Shown one piece after another: positions 62,476 to 64,000 of a DNA stretch of 64,000 nucleotides. Position 1 is the first letter of the stretch. Each line of letters opens with the position of its first letter. A program made the translations under genes and the position numbers. The stretch spans positions 1 to 64,000 of the forward strand of contig CAVXJH010000005.1 of assembly GCA_963762115.1 (NCBI GenBank). The letters run 5' to 3'. This stretch comes from Candidatus Babeliales bacterium. GTDB taxonomy: Bacteria; Babelota; Babeliae; Babelales; JANWKD01. A model generated the notes under the pieces. The model did not search any database, was not told where the DNA came from, and saw only the letters and a list, made by a program, of their open reading frames with translations.

Positions 62476-64000
62476 ATGAAAAAGAAATTAATAGTACTCA
62501 TAGGTTTTATGAGTATATTTTCAGGATGTTTAGAACAACAAAAAACAAAACATCCAAATTCTATTGAATCAATAAACGATATAATCAATTATTTTCCAAC
62601 AACAAGCGATGAAATTAAACAAATTGCAGCTGATGCACAAACAAAAACACAAAATTTAATTTCAACCCTACTTACTACACCTCCAGGACAAGAATCATTC
62701 GAAACAATTTTTGGTGTTTTTGATAAAGCCATTGCCGCCATGACACGGGCAATTAGTCTCTTTGAAGTTATTTCCCTGACTAATCCTCATGAATCTTTAC
62801 GTACTGCAGCGCAAGAAGAAAGTGTGCGATTACAGGGAATTTTTATTGATTTAATAAGTCAAAATAAAAATCTTTATAACAAATTATCATCATATGCAGA
62901 TACCAGTGCAAACCATGAAACATTAAGTGATGCTCAAAAATATTTTATTAAAGAAACACTTGAGTCATATCAACGAGATGGTATAAATTTACCCGAGGAA
63001 AAAAGAGATCAAGTGGCAAAAGTTAAAAAAGAACTTGCCGATCTTACCACCCTTTTTGATAAAAACGTCAATGATGATGCAAGCACAATTGAAGTTCCCC
63101 TTGAAGGATTAAAAGGGCTTAGTGAAGAATTTATAACAAATCTCAAAAAAAACTCTGAAGGATTATATATTCTGGGTGTTGACTATCCCACCTATCAACA
63201 AGTAATAAAACAAGCTGAAGATCAGCAAACACGAAAAAAAATTCTTGAAGCATTTAATAATCGTGCATACCCGGCCAATATAAAAGTATTAGATGCAATT
63301 ATTGTTAAAAGAAATGAGCTTGCTCAACTTTTAAACTTCCCAAGCTTCTCTCATCTCAATATGGCAAGCGAGATGGCAAAAACACCTGAAAAAGTTGAAT
63401 CATTTCTAGAAGAATTATTAGAAAAATCACTCAAGAAAACATCAAAAGAATTTGCTGAATTAACAAAAGAGTTACCACCTTCTGTAAACTTGAACCCTGA
63501 TGGCACCATGAATGCATGGGATATTCAATTTGTTGCTACGTGGTATACCAAAAAGAATTATGACCTAGATCCTTATAAAGTTGCTGAATATTTTCCTATG
63601 GAAAAAACCATTGAAGGTCTTTTCAATATTTACCAACAATTTTTTGGTCTTCGCTTTCAAGAACTGCCCTTAACAGGCCTTTGGGATAAAGAATTAAAAC
63701 TCCTTGCAGTTTATAAAAACGAAACCTTGCTTGGTTATCTTATTCTTGATTTATACCCTCGTGATAACAAACGCGCAGGTGCTTTTAACGCTACTATTAT
63801 CCCAACGTTACGCACCAAAGATGGCAACATTACCCCTGCACTCAGTCTTGTTGTAGCAAATTTACCAAAATCAACGGCAACTAAACCATCACTCCTTTTG
63901 CGCAGCGATGTAAGCACTTTTTTCCATGAATTTGGGCATGCTCTTCATGCATTACTTGGCGCAACTGAATTAGAATCACAATCAGGCACCAATGTTAAAA
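62476..64000 (+). CDS. M3-family metallopeptidase (oligopeptidase), probable lipoprotein, 3'-partial; absent from the ORF track
   Basis: GAGGAG RBS; MKKKLIVLIGFMSIFSGC lipobox; DLYPRDNK; TFFHEFGHALH. Confidence 0.9.
   Translation, partial: MKKKLIVLIGFMSIFSGCLEQQKTKHPNSIESINDIINYFPTTSDEIKQIAADAQTKTQNLISTLLTTPPGQESFETIFGVFDKAIAAMTRAISLFEVISLTNPHESLRTAAQEESVRLQGIFIDLISQNKNLYNKLSSYADTSANHETLSDAQKYFIKETLESYQRDGINLPEEKRDQVAKVKKELADLTTLFDKNVNDDASTIEVPLEGLKGLSEEFITNLKKNSEGLYILGVDYPTYQQVIKQAEDQQTRKKILEAFNNRAYPANIKVLDAIIVKRNELAQLLNFPSFSHLNMASEMAKTPEKVESFLEELLEKSLKKTSKEFAELTKELPPSVNLNPDGTMNAWDIQFVATWYTKKNYDLDPYKVAEYFPMEKTIEGLFNIYQQFFGLRFQELPLTGLWDKELKLLAVYKNETLLGYLILDLYPRDNKRAGAFNATIIPTLRTKDGNITPALSLVVANLPKSTATKPSLLLRSDVSTFFHEFGHALHALLGATELESQSGTNVK

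Overview
AT-rich bacterial chromosome segment using genetic code 11. The many signal-peptide proteins with eukaryote-like domains (ankyrin, HDAC, F-box-like, CaaX tails) suggest a protist-associated intracellular bacterium such as Ca. Dependentiae/Babeliae; this is an inference. Core genes are atpF'-atpH-atpA, arfB, leuS, a transaldolase, uvrB and a partial M3 peptidase. About 2.5-46 kb is accessory DNA around a tRNA-Arg(UCU), with several large-serine-recombinase scars, an IS200-type element whose removal restores the gene it interrupts, and an IS110 whose upstream non-coding region carries readable bridge-RNA guides. Most unusual signal: two unrelated DNA-binding genes (DUF1016/YhcG and Bro-N) each carry a palindrome inside the coding sequence that recurs in the flanking non-coding DNA. 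For DUF1016 there are six 26-bp CAGCTG-centred variants, each readable as a stop-free variant of the same peptide. Other candidates for follow-up: three tandem secreted proteins with polybasic/Cys (CaaX-like) tails, a shared 'signal peptide + ME' N-terminus, an autotransporter with a TNT/ART-like passenger, a MavL/DUF4804-like protein, and four adjacent frameshifted genes that may be assembly errors. All family calls come from reading motifs by eye; no searches were run.
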